From: Selaginella moellendorffii
Taxonomy: Eukaryota; Plantae; Lycopodiophyta
Assembly: GCF_000143415.4 (NCBI RefSeq)
Contig: NW_003314273.1
Span: 440,915-504,914 of the forward strand
Direction of reading: 5' to 3'
Length of the DNA: 64,000 nucleotides
Of the stretch, positions 37,245 through 51,809 are shown piece by piece. Under the pieces are notes generated by a model. That model saw nothing but the letters and a program-made list of their open reading frames with translations. It did no database searches and was not told the DNA's origin. Position 1 is the stretch's first letter; each line of letters opens with the position of its first letter. The position numbers and the translations under genes were made by a program.

Positions 37245-39045
37245 ATAAATCCACATTCTACACCGAGGCACCAACTTGATATACTTATCTGGCAATGGCG
37301 ACATCTTTGCCAATACACATGTCACTCATTTCAAGCAATATTGCATGTCGAATGGCATCATCAAGGATGATCACAAGCTTTGTGACTTCTTGCAATCGCT
37401 CACTAGCCAAGTAAAAACGTGGGTAGAGACACTCTTGGAGGTAGATATGGCTGACAACTCCACATTCAAAGCATCTTTCTAAGGTCACTTTGGTCAGCAG
37501 TGACCAACAAATCGCTTACTCATGGATTTGTTCGTTTTTTGGCAAGGAGCATGTGAATTTGTGCCGGAATATGTGATGTGGTTTAGGTTTTACTAGAAGG
37601 AGTGTGTCCTCATCACAAATGAACCTCATGGCATCACTACATTCATCTTTGGCCTCAAGGGCAATCTCAAATGCAAGATGCTTAAGCGAGAGTTTTGGAT
37701 GTGTTATGAGGCATTTGCTATAGTAGAGACTTTGGAGTGGGATCTTCTCCAAGATCTCAAGATTCCTAGGGTAGAGGAGGTTTTCCTCCCACCTTCAGAT
37801 GAGAGCTCATGTGCTACCATGATCCATTCTTCTCCAGCCCCGCACAGTGATGATAAAGTTCCCTCAATGATCGAGAAGGCATTGTCGAAGCATGCAAGAT
37901 ACAAGGAGATTATCTAGCAGCAATGATAAATGCAAGAGAAGCTACTTGAGGAGATTAAAGCATGCTGCTTACAGTAGGCAGGGAGACTAAGATGCCCTCT
38001 TCATTCTTGGTACTACTCGCATTGTGATGTTACGATACACAACATAAAGAGATGTTGGAAGCTTCACTTAGAACTTCAACCACCTTTTGTCCAGCATGTT
38101 TAACAGTAACTTCTACCAGACAACATATTTCTTCCATGGCTAGAGATAGATACCAGCAAAAATTGGAGTAGAAAGCGATCGAAGACACCCTTTCATTGAG
38201 CTGTGGAAACACTGATGCATGTCAACATAGTTTATGTTGTAGAGGACAGTTATAAGATGGGTGCTATGACTCAAGGGTGCAAGAAGGTTTCTCCTTTAGC
38301 CCCAAATATTGATGGTGAGCAAGATCTAGCTGTAGTTTCTAGAACTTCCCCATCTCTCATGGCATGCAAGTTACCCCATGCTTCGGTATTTGCAATGCCA
38401 CCCACATCCTTGGCCACAACTTCAAATCTAACAATTGGATATTCATCCAACTTTCAATGTGGGGTTTCCTAGCTGCCCTCCACTCTTTCTCAAGTCCCAT
38501 AAGAAGTTCTTGCTTAGATTGTTAACACTTCAGTCTAGATCACACTTGGTGAGCTTTTGCAATATGTACCTGGTTTTACTCCTTAGCTAGAGGCTTTGCC
38601 AAGTCCACAGGCATCCCCATGGAACATCAGTATAACATCCACATCATCAACACTCATACCACTTATGATCCCAAAGCATTCTTTGTGGAGGTCCACATCA
38701 GCGATAGATCTTTGACAGCACAAGCATTACTTGATTCTAGATCCCAGAGCAACATCATCTCCCTCAACTTGGCACTTTCTAGTGGCTTGGAAGTGGTGAG
38801 AAACACAACTATCATCCTCAAAATGTTTGCCAATCACTAAATTGTTCCTACAAGCATCTATTGGAATGTCAAGATCTTGGTGCAAGGAGTGGTTTCCATG
38901 CTAAATTTCCTTGTTGTGGACTTCCAACAACTAGGATTTGGGAAGCTGAAGGACTCCATTATCTTAGGACGGATTTACATGACAACTTGGGCCAAGGGAG
39001 AATCAACGATTACCAACAGCATCTATGGTAGCAACTCTTCTCAAT
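37245..39045 (+). pseudogene. Decayed gag + protease, copy 2
   Basis: Paralogue of 1150-2950; ORF 38619 contains QALLDSRSQSNIIS. Confidence 0.75.
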
Positions 39046-41444
39046 ACCCATGGTCATTCTCTACTTCCATATAGCTTGTCTCAAGTGGATGCTTCTTTCA
39101 TTATTGAAGTTGACTAGGCTCTCAAGGTTTTTTTCCTGAAACTTATCGAGGATGACATGCTGTTGGAGATCCAAGTTGCTGACTACAATATGATTGACTT
39201 CTTCAACATGGACTGGACTACATCAACACTTTTGAGTACACTTTTGACTTTCCAGCTTAGTGACTACACTCTTGGTGGCACTTCTCACCCCAAACTTGTA
39301 GTCCAACCTTGCTACTCACTTGGGATACGACCATGACATAAAGGTGGCAGGCATTTTCTAGCAGCATCTCGACTTTTCCTTGGAGTTTCTCCCAACTTGG
39401 CACTTCATCTTAGCTCTTCCCAAACTTAGGTTCATGGCTGGATCCCAACTTCATTCTGCTACAACACTCGAAGCATTCTCTGACACTATCGACACTTCAC
39501 TCAACCACCAGATCTTCATCAGCGACACATGATGACTTCCATAGGTCCTTGGGGACACTTTCTACCATCCTCATGAGGCTCCCATCCTTCCAAGCAGTTC
39601 CAGCATCCTAGATTCTCTTACAGTGACATTATTCACCATCTTAGGCATTTTTGATGCAATCTAACACTTGAGGGTGACTAAGTTAGTTTCAGTGGCATTC
39701 TAGGCATTTTATAGGATTCCTTGCATCCTCTTGATGCTTCCATCATCATCACCCATCACAGAAGCCACTTGCACTTATTTTTTTACTTTTTTGTTTTTTT
39801 ATGTTTTTCTTTCTGCTCTCACTCTTTTTACATCTTTCAGGTCAAGGAATTATGTGGAGAAAGTCTCTTTACCTCTACCCCTATTTTTATTCCTACTCCT
39901 ACTACTGCTCTTGCTCCCACTACTACTCCTACTCCTACTCCCCAGTTGTAGATATGGGTGTCTTGAGAGAGAGGGAGAGGATATTTTGATTCTTAAAATA
40001 TTCCAAATGATTGTATAAAAACCATGTGAAGGTGAAATATCAAGGGTCCTCCTCATTTTCTCTTGTTGTTGAGTTTGAAGCTACAGCTTTGTGAGTTTAT
40101 ATGTGAGGGATGGATCCATAATTGGGGCTAAAAGATGCCCTAATAGATACTCTTTCCACCTTTTGCCTTTGGGGTGCCCTAGCCATGTGGTTAGAACAAG
40201 GTTTTGATGAGCAATGCCAGGTATCCAAGTAGGTAGTGCCACCCACACTTAAATTGGGAGCATTGACTATTTGATCTCCCAGGGGAGTTAGAGTTAGCTC
40301 TTGAATACTTCACCAAGTTCACTTGTCTGTCTATATTCACTTTAGTCTTAGACTCCTCAATGGTTATATCATCACCCACCACATGGGTATAACCTTCCTT
40401 AGCCACATTGGTTTTACTAGCCAAACTAGTTCCACTGAAGTCCCTTTACTATCCTTTTAAAGCTCACTTGGGAAATAATTGCTTTGGGATTTCACTTCAG
40501 ATTCAAACTCAAACTTGGACTAGGTCTTGGACTCAGTCTTGGACTCGGTCTTGGACTCGGTCTGGGTCTTGGCCTCTATCTTGGTCCCAGTCCCGGTCCT
40601 TGTCTCAAGCTCCATTTTGGGCTCCATTTTGGGCTCCATCTTAGACTCCTTCTTAGACTCCATCTAGACTTGATCTTAGGTCCATCTCAAACTCTATCTC
40701 AGGCTCCATCTTGGGTCCATCTCGGGTCCATCTCGGACTCTTTCTCGGGCTCTATCTCACATCCATCTCAAACTTCAATTCATACTCTATCTTGGACTCC
40801 TCGGATTCCATCTTAGGTCCATCTCGGACTCAATTATGACACTTCCACGTGTCATATGTTGATCCTTTTGTTTCCCTTTTCTAGAGGCTTGCTTATTGAT
40901 TGCTTTATGCTTTCAATGGGAGTTCCACTCTTGCTCTCAACTTTTTGAGTTAAAACTTTTAGTCCAAATGTGTTATGCTTGTCTAGCTTTCACTTCAACC
41001 ACTACCATATGGCACCCTCTTAGCTCCACTCTAGATAGCTATTGTTTGAGGATGCAAGAAGAGCAAAGATAGAAAGGTTTTAATTTCCCTTAAACTACTT
41101 AAATGGTCTAGAGTTTAGGGTTTAAAGATTTGTGTCTCATAGAAGTGTAGGTGTTACTACCTACTTGGATATTTGGTATGGCTCATCGAAACCTCGCTCT
41201 AGCCACATGGCTAGGGCACCTAGAGGCAGAAGGTGGGGAGAGTACCCACAAGGTTCGCATTGGGCTATAGTGTTTCGAAATATTATCCTAAAGTCCTAGA
41301 CTGTGGAAAGGAAAAGGAGTAGTCCTCTTGTGTAGTGACCAAGCATATAATCACGTGGCAAGGAAGTTTTAGAGGTGGATAGGACTTAGTGGTCAGGCCT
41401 TCAGGCCTTTGGGCTAACCCAGTGGTAGTGTTGGCAAGCATAAC

Positions 41445-44400
41445 TGTAGCGCACGTGGTTTTGACCCTTTATCCTATGGTGATTTACCATAGGATAACAC
41501 CACGAAGCGGAACCTAAACCCTCTTTGTGCCACGTGACAGATGCCTCGTGTCACATGCTACGTGTCCATGCCACGTGTCCATAGGAACCTGAGGTTCAGC
41601 ACCTTGGGCCACTGAATGAAGGAACGGTGCCAAACTCCCAAGCGTGGAGCCAAGGAGTGATGGAACCAAACCACGGAGCAACTCCTAAGCATAAAGGCCA
41701 AGGAGCGAAGGGACAGGAGCCCAGAGTGACTTGGAACAATCCTAGAGTAACCAGCATTCCAATGCCAGGACCAGCACACAAAACGGAGCCAAACGGAGTT
41801 TGGCACTATTTCGGCATACCGGTGGCCTAAGGCGAGAACATGAGTACTCCACCAGCTAGCATGGAATGGAACTTGGGCTTAGACCCAAGCCGGACGCAAA
41901 ACAAGGACAGGCACGCAAGCGGGAGCTAGACTATGCCTCAGGTTGGTCGGCCATGCCCGACCTACCCACTATCCCTACTATACATTTGGAACCCCCCATA
42001 GCCTCCCCCCCCTGAGGAACACACGCTTTGGGCTTTCACCCCAAGCCTCCCTTAGTATCAGGAGTTAGTCTCTGGGACAAGCTCGAAACTTACTAAATAT
42101 GGAATGTCCCTAGATTGTGAATTTGGACATGGGACGAACACCATTGTGTTCAGACCGATCTCTACATTCCGTAGATATGCCAAATGAACAAATCTGGACA
42201 CTTTCCATAAATAGCATTTGGGACCGAATGAAACTAACACAAAGGGCATGATAGCGAGGGTGTTTGGCAGACACGGTAAGTTATCATCTAGTGATATTGA
42301 GGGACCAATCTCAATATCGCGGGGGTTCCCAAAACTAGCAAGTGCAAATCAACGAATGAGTTTCTCTAACGAGGTCAAGTATGCTTGACAAATAGCACGT
42401 AGGAATTCTGTTCTTATGCCCATCTGGTCAAGTGCACACGCGAAGACCAGTTTCTCAACTAGCTTAGGCAGAGACTGATAACGGGCCAAGCAATACCGAC
42501 CTCTTACCATCGTGGCAGTAAGGTAAGAGTGTCTGTAAGGTAACTTTCGATAGTAGTTGACAGGTAACTTTCGATACCCGAAGTCACATTCGCGACACTC
42601 TCCCCCGCTAGGGAAAATCGACGTCCTCGTCGATGCACACTTGAGTCTAGAATACCGCCAAGGAAACAACTCCAAAAAAGTTCACGGTATTCACACTATG
42701 TGAGAAATGCACCAACTTAAATGAGTTAGGAGGCAACCTCTTTGTCTAACGCAGATGCGGTACTAGCTCAGACACCTTCCGGCCGTCGCCGACAAGGAAA
42801 TGACCAACGGAGTGAGCCACCCTTGCTGCTCTGGGAGTCACCCAGCTTACAAAAGTGTGATACACCCATGCCCGCAAGGACATAGAGAGAGAAGCCAGAG
42901 GCCCCAACCCTCATGAGCAAAGAAATCAAACCCGTCGGTAAGGTTTAAATAGACTACTGTAAACAGGCAGTTAGAGTTGTTTACACGGTCACGCCCTTTT
43001 GAACGGAATAAGGAACATCGACAGAGAGGTGGGTTATGTGACCAGTCGACAATAGCTACCCCATGACTAGAGATTTCAACATGCACACGAAGTGCCAAAG
43101 CTAATCTGCCTATACTGGCCCAAACTCAAAGATCAATAGATGGACAATATCAAAGTTAGAGACAATGATATCTTAGAGACTTAATTATCAGTGACTAAAT
43201 CTTACATTAGAACACAAAAGTATTCCAAGCAAGTTATTGTCCAATAAACCAGTAGTATAGTATAGGAACCACCAAGATCATTGTAACTGGTAAACAGAAT
43301 ACAGGATCCAACAAAATTCAATAGCTAGTATATCATCAAGGAAACTCAATGATAAAACTTAATTATCGAAGATGGTAGCTAGAATGCCAAACAATTTGCG
43401 AAAGAGAACTCAAAGAATACAAAGTATCATTGATTGAGAAACACAATACTCGCGAATGTATCACCCAAAGGAAATAACATCCCAACCTATCAGAACTAAC
43501 TTGAGCAATAATCAACAGAATAGAATAAATGTGGCAAAACCAACAAACACTCATTCTTGCCAACTATCACAAAAGCCAATCCAAATAGATCCCAGCCAAC
43601 AATACTAAGAAACTTAAATTGCCTAAGTAAGTGTCAGCAACATCTTACTAATGTTTCAAACCCAATAAACCAATCCAGAGCAAACCACAAAGAACATGTG
43701 GTATTGCGAAAAGCCAAAAACTATCAAAGAGAACAACTAACCATCATGAAAGATCATCAATCATCCTATCAAGAAAGAGATGCATAATCATAGTTGAAGA
43801 AAGAATCTACCATCCCAAAGTATAACAACTCAGTCTATATCAACAATAATCAAGCAAAACTCTTTGATAAGGATAATCAATTATCCTAGATGATAGTCAA
43901 TTATCACTAATGATTGCTAGATGCAAATACTAACTTTAATCTGGAAGCTAGAAGCCAAAATGCCTTCCCCAACAACTTCTAACAAATGGAACAACGAGCA
44001 TAAAACTCAAAGAACCAAAAGCTTGAAGAAGTCTATAGCTAAGTCTTGCCTAACAATGATCACAAGCTTTGCATAAATTAACTTCAATGCTAAAGAAGAA
44101 ATCATGGTATAACCCACAATATCCTCCTCAACACATCCATAAGCTATACTACATAATGCAAAGCTAATGAAGAGCATGTTTGCATCAATTCAAAAGCAAA
44201 GCATAACGGAGCTATGCTCAACAAGTGATCATTTAATCGATCCTTCATGAATCCATCAATAGCAAGACGTAACTCACTTCATAGCAAGCACAAGAAGAAT
44301 CATCAATGATCGATATATCCCAACTGAAATCCAGCAAGGATTCAATCACTAACTTTTTCTTCCTATAAAGCTAGCATAGTCCATGACTAAATCACTTTTC

Positions 44401-45083
44401 AAGGAAAAGCTCAAAACTCAACCTCTACTAAACAATCTTGTCTAGAACACAACTAACTCAAACTTGCCACTCAATTCATTTGAACGTCAATATAGTTGCT
44501 AATTAGCAATTGTACAAATGCTAATAACACAAAGCTATAGCCAAATCATCAACACTATCTTCATCAAAACTAATGAAACTCGACATCAATCTTGCGGAGA
44601 GACATCTCATTTCACTAAAATCAACCAACTTCCTCCTATTAACAACTTCACATAGGTTCACCCTAACACAAATTCTCATGACCCATAATATGCTTAAGCC
44701 TTGAACATCTTTTTACCCATTCTTTTGACATCCAACACCGACATCCATAAAATGCAAATGGAACATCCAAGGCTTGATCACGAAGACCACATCTTCGGAT
44801 ATCCACATTGCACTAACACTCTTCTTCAACCACTTTCAAGATACAATGTGAAACTAAAACACTAACAAGAAAAATGACATGGAAAATCAAGCTCTAAGGA
44901 AACTTCCTCATCACTTAAAATAACAATGCCACTTCCACTAACACAAATGCTAGTAATGTCAATGCCTCAACCTCACACCTTCTCTATCCAACAATCTACT
45001 TCAAGTGTTAACGGATCAACTAATGAGCTATAGCAAATGAATGCTACAACCCTTCTTCCAACACCTTATGGGCAAATCCTCAA
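41445..45083 (-). mobile_element. Family B, copy 2: intact 3' LTR (41445-42597), PPT and part of the internal region; remainder deleted
   Basis: tgtagcgcac...cgcgaca followed by ctctcccccgct (PPT AGCGGGGGAGAG on minus). Joins the downstream flank at ~45083. Confidence 0.9.
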
Positions 45084-46822
45084 TGTCTCTAGGCATCCTA
45101 AGGATGCTAAAATGTGGTCATAAGATGACTACTTATGGACAGATGGCCCAATCTTTGGGAGACAACATTGTGGTATAGGTGGTTCTAGGCTACCAATTAA
45201 ATAAAGATGAATGGATATAGCCTTAGTATAATAGGATGATATGTTATTGGTATCTTTAGGTGTTTATTGTGGGATTGGACATTTGGAGCATTTGGACCAA
45301 GTGCAAAAGTTGAGTGGCATACAAGTCATTCATGAGGCTAGCAAGTCCTTAAGATGGGAATAAAATTTATAAAAATGGTGAATGAAACTCCTCCAAATGG
45401 TCAAATGTGTGGTTAAGTGATTTAGTTGCTTACGTAAGGAGGATGTTCTAAATATTACTTTCTATAACCCATTTAATTTATATGAATTTTTTATGATGCT
45501 GTATAGATTGAATAATTCTTTGGAGACTTTTTGGATGATATTCTTTACAATATGTTAAAGGTGACTATTGATTTGATTGATAATGTCTTGATCCACCTTA
45601 AGGGGACATAGGAGGAACACACTTCTAATGTTTGTAGAACATTGGGATCAGCTATAGGAAGTTAATTTGACATTGATACGGTTAAAATGCATATATCTTG
45701 AGTATTATATTTTTTATGAAAATTTACAAATTGATTCTGACAAACTTGTGGATGTTATAAAGTTCTCTACTCCAAAGTGCATGAACAATATGCAACACTT
45801 TCTTGGCAAGGTGTAATATCTTTTTCATGTTATTGTCTTTTTTATCATTGCAAGCATTAATGAAGTTGTTCATATTATTTTTCATCTAATTTAGGATTGG
45901 AATAGACATTCGTAGATCTTAAAGATGTGTTGACAATTTTTCTAGTTTTTGAGTATTTTAACTACACTCAACCTTTTGTAAATGCTTTTGACATTATCTC
46001 AAAGGTGTGTTGTTGCAAAAGAGTATGATTGTGTTTGGTTAATATAATTCTATTGTGTATATTAGTCATATGTTGCAACTAATGGAGGTGAACTACTCCA
46101 TGAAAACAAAACTTTCAAAAAGATTTATGCGTATTTGCATAGTTTTTAGACATTGTTAAAAGGTGATTATATTGCAGTCTTTTCATTATTAAAGTGGAAG
46201 AATTTTGCTAGTGTAATGCATGTGATCATGGGATGAAATTTGGATATATTGTTATTGTGGATTCTTGGAACTTTCAGGAATAAATAAGGATAAAATAGCC
46301 ACTAAGGGTTCTTTCATCCTTTTCCAGTTGGTTTAAGGGGAGAAAGATAGTGTGGTATCGGAGCAAATGGCACGGGTTCAAATCCTATTAATTAGTGGTT
46401 ACTTAAAAATATAATATACCCTTGAGCAACATATATTCCTACTCCTAAATTTGAAATCGTACATATTGGGCATCCATGCGTACATCCTTCCTCTTAGTAG
46501 AGTATCCACGAACGAAGGTATCCACTGTGGGACTGCAGTATGAGTGGATGACTAGTTGCCTTACATGGAATAGCTAGTTTACACAATGAAAAGATTGGTA
46601 AATTTAATATGGAAATAGAAGTGTTGCTAATTCAATATGGAAATAGCATGATCTAACATTGCTAATAGAGTTGAGTTTACTTTTACGATTGCTATAAGTT
46701 GATAATATTAGGACCTGGGATTAATATTTGATGACCATTCGTGCACTACTTGGAGCAAAGTTTGTTAAACACTTCTGCCACATATATATGAGATAATAGT
46801 AATGTTATGTGGAGTATAAAGT

Positions 46823-47956
46823 TGTCACGAATGTGATTTTGGGTATCGAAAGTTACTTGTCAACTAGTGCTTACGAACACAATTTCCTTACTGCCACGAT
46901 AGCAAGAGGTCAGTATTGTTGGACCCGTTATTAGTTCCCACTTGGGCTAGTTGAGTATACTCAGCAAGAAACACATAGGGGTTCCTACTTTATATTTATC
47001 CAATCTAAGTGCATGGTTATTGACCAATTTTGGCCTAGTTTGAGAAACTTGTGTCATTGGCTTGTATTTGTGAGTATTAAGAATCTGTGCAATATTGAGC
47101 TTGGTCCTTCAATATTGCTAGATGATAGCTTATCGTGTCTACTAAACACCTTTGCTATCATACCTTTTGTGTTAGTCTCATTTTGGTCTCAAATGCTATT
47201 TATATAAAAAGTGTCTAAATTTACTTATTTGGCATATCTACGGAATGTAGAGATTCTCATGAACACAATGATGTTCATCTCGTATCCAAATTTTCAATCT
47301 AAAAACATTCCATATTTAGTAAGTTTCAAACTTGTTCTAGAGACTAACTTCTGGTACTAAGGGAGGCTTGGGGTGAAAGCCCAAAGCGTGTGTTCCTCAA
47401 AGGGGGGGGAGGGAGGTTATGGGGGGTTCCAAATGTATAGTAGGGATAGTGGGTAGGTCGTGCATAGCCGATCAACCTGAGGCATAGTTTAACTCTTACT
47501 TACATGCTTGTTTTTGTTTTGCATTTGGCTTAGGTCTAAGCCCAAGTTCCACACCATACTAGCTGGTGAAGTACCCATGTCTTTATGTTAGGCCACCAAT
47601 ATTCCAAAATAGCATTAGACTTCGTTTGGCTCCATTTTGCATGCTGATCTTGTCATTAGGATGTTGGTTGCTCTAAGACTGTTCCAAGTCACTCTAGGCT
47701 CCTGTCCCTTCACTCCTTTGGCTATATGCTTAGGAATTGCTTTGTGGTCCAGTTCCGTCACTCAGCTCCATGCTTGGTAGTTTGGGATTTGTTCCTTCGT
47801 TTAGTGGCCCAAGGCCTTGAACCTCAGGTTCCACACCACTATCCTTTGGACACATGGCATATGACACATGGCACATGGAGGGTTTAGGTTCCACTTCATA
47901 GTGTTATCCTATGGTAAATCACCATAGGATAGGAGGTAAAAACCAAGTGCACTACA
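46823..47956 (+). mobile_element. Same B-related solo LTR, copy 2
   Basis: Same termini and TSD AAAGT. Confidence 0.9.
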
Positions 47957-50108
47957 AAAGTGGATGATTGGTATTTGTTTATTTTCCCAATTTTACAGTG
48001 TATCATTTACCTAATGGGCTCTTTGCTTAGTAGAAAGGATTGTATCAAGTGTTGTGGCAAATTAGATTCCAAATTTATGATCATCACCAATTTATGTCAT
48101 CATTGTGGTGAACTTGGATAACTAAGGATATATCACATTTTCACAAGTGTTTATCATCCTCAAATGAATAATTTGGTGAAATAGCTGATTGGACCTTTAA
48201 AAGGATGATCACATTAAGATTAGGATTGTTATTTTTCATGTCTTCAATATGTGTATATCATAGGGGTATAGGGTGTTTTACCATATAAAGTATTATATAT
48301 GGTCATGATCTAACATTACCAATAGAGTTGAGTTTACTTTTACAATTGCTATGAGTTGCTAGGACCTGGGATTAATATTTGATTACCATTTTTGCACTAC
48401 TGTAAACTTTTGAATCTGGACTTTCCGGGAGGTCACCAACCAACTCAGTATTATTCAAACCCAAGGACACTTAACCCCAAATATCCCAAAACCTTTAATT
48501 GATTGGAAAAGGGGGTGCACTTTTTTTCATGGGCCTTTTCTTTTTATATTTGAACCCCTATGGATCATCTCTCAAGTCGTTCCTTTTGGTTACTTATAAC
48601 TACTTGGAGCGAAGTTTGTTAAACATTTCTAGCGCATATAAATGAGACAATAGCAATGCTATAATTCTCATTATTATCCATATCTAGAGTATAAAGTGGA
48701 TGATTGGTATTTGTTTATTTTTCCAAATTTATAGTATATAATTTACCTAAAGGGCTCTTTGCTTAGTAGAAAGGATTGTATCAAGTGTTGTGGCAAGTTA
48801 GATTCCAAATTTATGATCATCACCAATTTATGTCATCATTGTGGTGAACTTGGATATTATAAAACTGATTATTCACAATTGAAGAATAAGTAATAAAGAA
48901 AAAAGAATAGTTAATCTTTTATTAGCATTAAGTTGAATATTAAAAAGTTGCAAAATTTTCAAAGTAAAGATGAAAAAAAAGACTATTCTGATTAAAGGAA
49001 GAGACTTTTAATCACTATTTGATAACTCAACTATATGTAGAATAATTAAAGGAACCTCAAGAGAAGGCATAACATAGTTTATGCAAGGTTAAACATCTTT
49101 GTCTTTGTTATTTAGTGCTGGGTCATAACAGTGTATTATTTGAAGTTGTTGAAGTTGGGAAGCTAAACAACTTGCATCCCTCATAAAGCATTGTTTGTAA
49201 TACATAGAAATACTGTTCTTCTTTATTCAGAATTCAAGATTGCTTCTTTAGTGGGATATGGCTGAAATCAAATATCTCCTTGAGACCGAAAATAAGTTTC
49301 TCTGCATCTTGATCTCCATCTGATGACGATTCTTCCACCATATAAGCAACAGCATCATCCCTAATATTGTCCTTGAACTCCACATGCTCTCCATCACTAA
49401 AAATAGCTTCTCCTCCTTCCTTTGAACCACCTGAGCTTGACGATGAACTCAGAATGGATTCATAAGACGTTGTATCTAAAAAAGAACAAATAAAAAGTTT
49501 TGTGTCTGCTAAATTCAATGTCATACAACAGTTTCGAAAAGCAAATTGGTGGCAGAAGTACGTGTGCTTGGTAACAAGATGCAGCTCAACAGCAAACATG
49601 ACCAAAATTTACTTGCATTTTCCTGCATGACGTAAAGCATAAGCTTTAAGGAGAATGATAGAGAGCACTTACCTTGTGAATTCAATGCTCTTCAAGTTTT
49701 GTCATGTCAGGAAGTTTGCATGTTAAGAATGGCACATCTAGGGTAAGCATCTAAACATTCACCAACAAAGAAAGCACATAAAGACTGTACTTACTATAGC
49801 TACCATCTCGTTTCTTTGTTTTCTTCTAGAAAGTTTACTGAGGTCAGATGGTATCCAGTAGCTGGTTTGATGAGCACTCTCAAGCTGGAAGCATTAGAAA
49901 CCAGCTCCAGGGACTTGTTCCAGACTCAAGTCTAGATATTGAGAGATGAGAATGTGTAAACATCTTCTGGGATGCAGCCTGTGAGCTGGTTCCAGCGTGC
50001 CTGAGTTTCAAGAGCCAGGGCGCTGCCGAGAAATGTAAACGAACGCATTAAAGTGAAATAGATTTAGTAAGGGTTAGGGCATTAAAGGCATTTTGCAAAG
50101 GGCAAGCT

Positions 50109-51809
50109 ATGGCGCGAACAGAGCAGGAGCGCAGTGGATGCGTCACAGGTTTGTGGTCTCTCTTTCGACCAAAAAAGGCGCACAAGGGCGACAACAAGGT
50201 CCACCCGGAAGCCATGGACGCGGCGGCCTCGAAGCTGAAGGTCCAAGATCGTGTCTGTGAGGCCGTCTCGGGAGAAGCCATGGACGCCGCCGCCTTGAAG
50301 TTGAAGGAACTCAGGCACGAGGTGAAAATCGTCTTAGAAGCGATACGACAGGAGCGAGGGCACAAGGAGCTGATCAAGCCGATCAAGCCGGAACAAGAGA
50401 AGGAGGACGAAGAGGAGAATCAAGAGAAGAAAGCGGAGCAGCTGAAGGAAGAGAAGAAAGCCGAGCAGGTGAACGAGGAGGAGAAAGAAGCCGATCAGAT
50501 GAAGCCGATGAAGCTGGAAGAAGAGGAGGAAAAGGAAGCCGAGAAGCAGCTGAAGGAGGAGGAGCAAGAGAAGAAAGCTGAGCAGCTGAGCGAGGAGGAG
50601 CAGGAGAAAGAAGCCCATGAGACGAAGGAACTCAGGCGCGAGGTGAAACAGGAGCAAGGTCACAAGGAGCAGCCGCAGCTGGAACGAGAGGAGAAGAATC
50701 AGCCGAATCAGCCGATCAAGCCGATCAAGCCGATGAAGCAAGAGCAGGAACAGGAGGAGGAGCAGCGGATGAAGCCGATGAAGCAGCAGCTGGAACAAGA
50801 GGAGGAGCAGATGATCAAGCCGATCAAGCAGCCTCTGGAACGGGAAGACGATCAAGAGAAGATGAAGCAGCAGGAGAATGACAAGCCCAAGCAGGAGGAG
50901 CAGCGACCCAAGCCAATTCTACTGCCAGCCGGGGGTCGTCGTCCAGGTATGGTTCCTTTTGCTTCTCGCATTCTTCTTCTACTGTGACTCACGATGGCCT
51001 TCTGGACTTGCAGGTTCCAGGCCGAAGATGGTTCGCTTCTCTTCCTCAGCGGAGGACATTCTTCCCGACGGCACCCGACGGCGGAGTGAAACCCATCTTA
51101 GCGATGGCCGAGGGGGCTATGTTGAGTTCGCGTATCTCGAAGCTTTCCACAAGGCAAACCGGTGGCTAAACCAGAGGGGAAAAACCGAGAAGAAGATCCG
51201 CAGCTTGGAAGAGGAAAAGCGCGAGGAAACAGAAGAGGAGAAGCACGAGGAAAAGTCTTGGAGTGTTAGCGCGCTCCGGATTCTGATCAGACTCACCGAG
51301 CAGCTTTACGAGGAGCTCAACGGCAAATCCAGCGACCGAGAGAGGATCAAGCGAGCGCGGAAGATGATGAGGCTCCAGAAAATGCTGGATAGGATCCCGA
51401 GTGAGAGGAAACCGTGGAAGAAGCTTCAGTCTGGCGAGGTGGTCTTCGTGAAGGAGGCAAAAGAACTATATGATCGTGCGGGGAGAGATTTTGTTGCCGA
51501 ATTCAAGAGGAGACAGGTAAGTTTGATATACCTTCCAGATTCCAGATGGCCGTTTGCTAATAACTTCCGTGTTTGTTGTAGAGAGCTGAAGTGAACGATG
51601 AGTGTTTGTTTTGTCGGAACCATGATGGCGAGAAGATGATCGGCCGGGCTGGAGCGAACTCTAAGACGACTAGACCCTGGGTTTACCTGAGAAGAGAACA
51701 CGAGCAAACTGTTCTAAGCACGTCGAAGAAACGAGAGATGAAGTTGGCTCCGAGCTCGAGAAGTTGGCTGCAAGGATTGGTCAACTGGAGGCCAGTGCTC
51801 GGACTCTAG
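50109..51809 (+). CDS. Paralogue of the coiled-coil gene (exons 50109-50946, 51014-51516, 51582-51809), 522 aa
   Basis: Same splice sites. Lacks one 45-bp repeat (QQLEQEEEQMIKPIK). Confidence 0.75.
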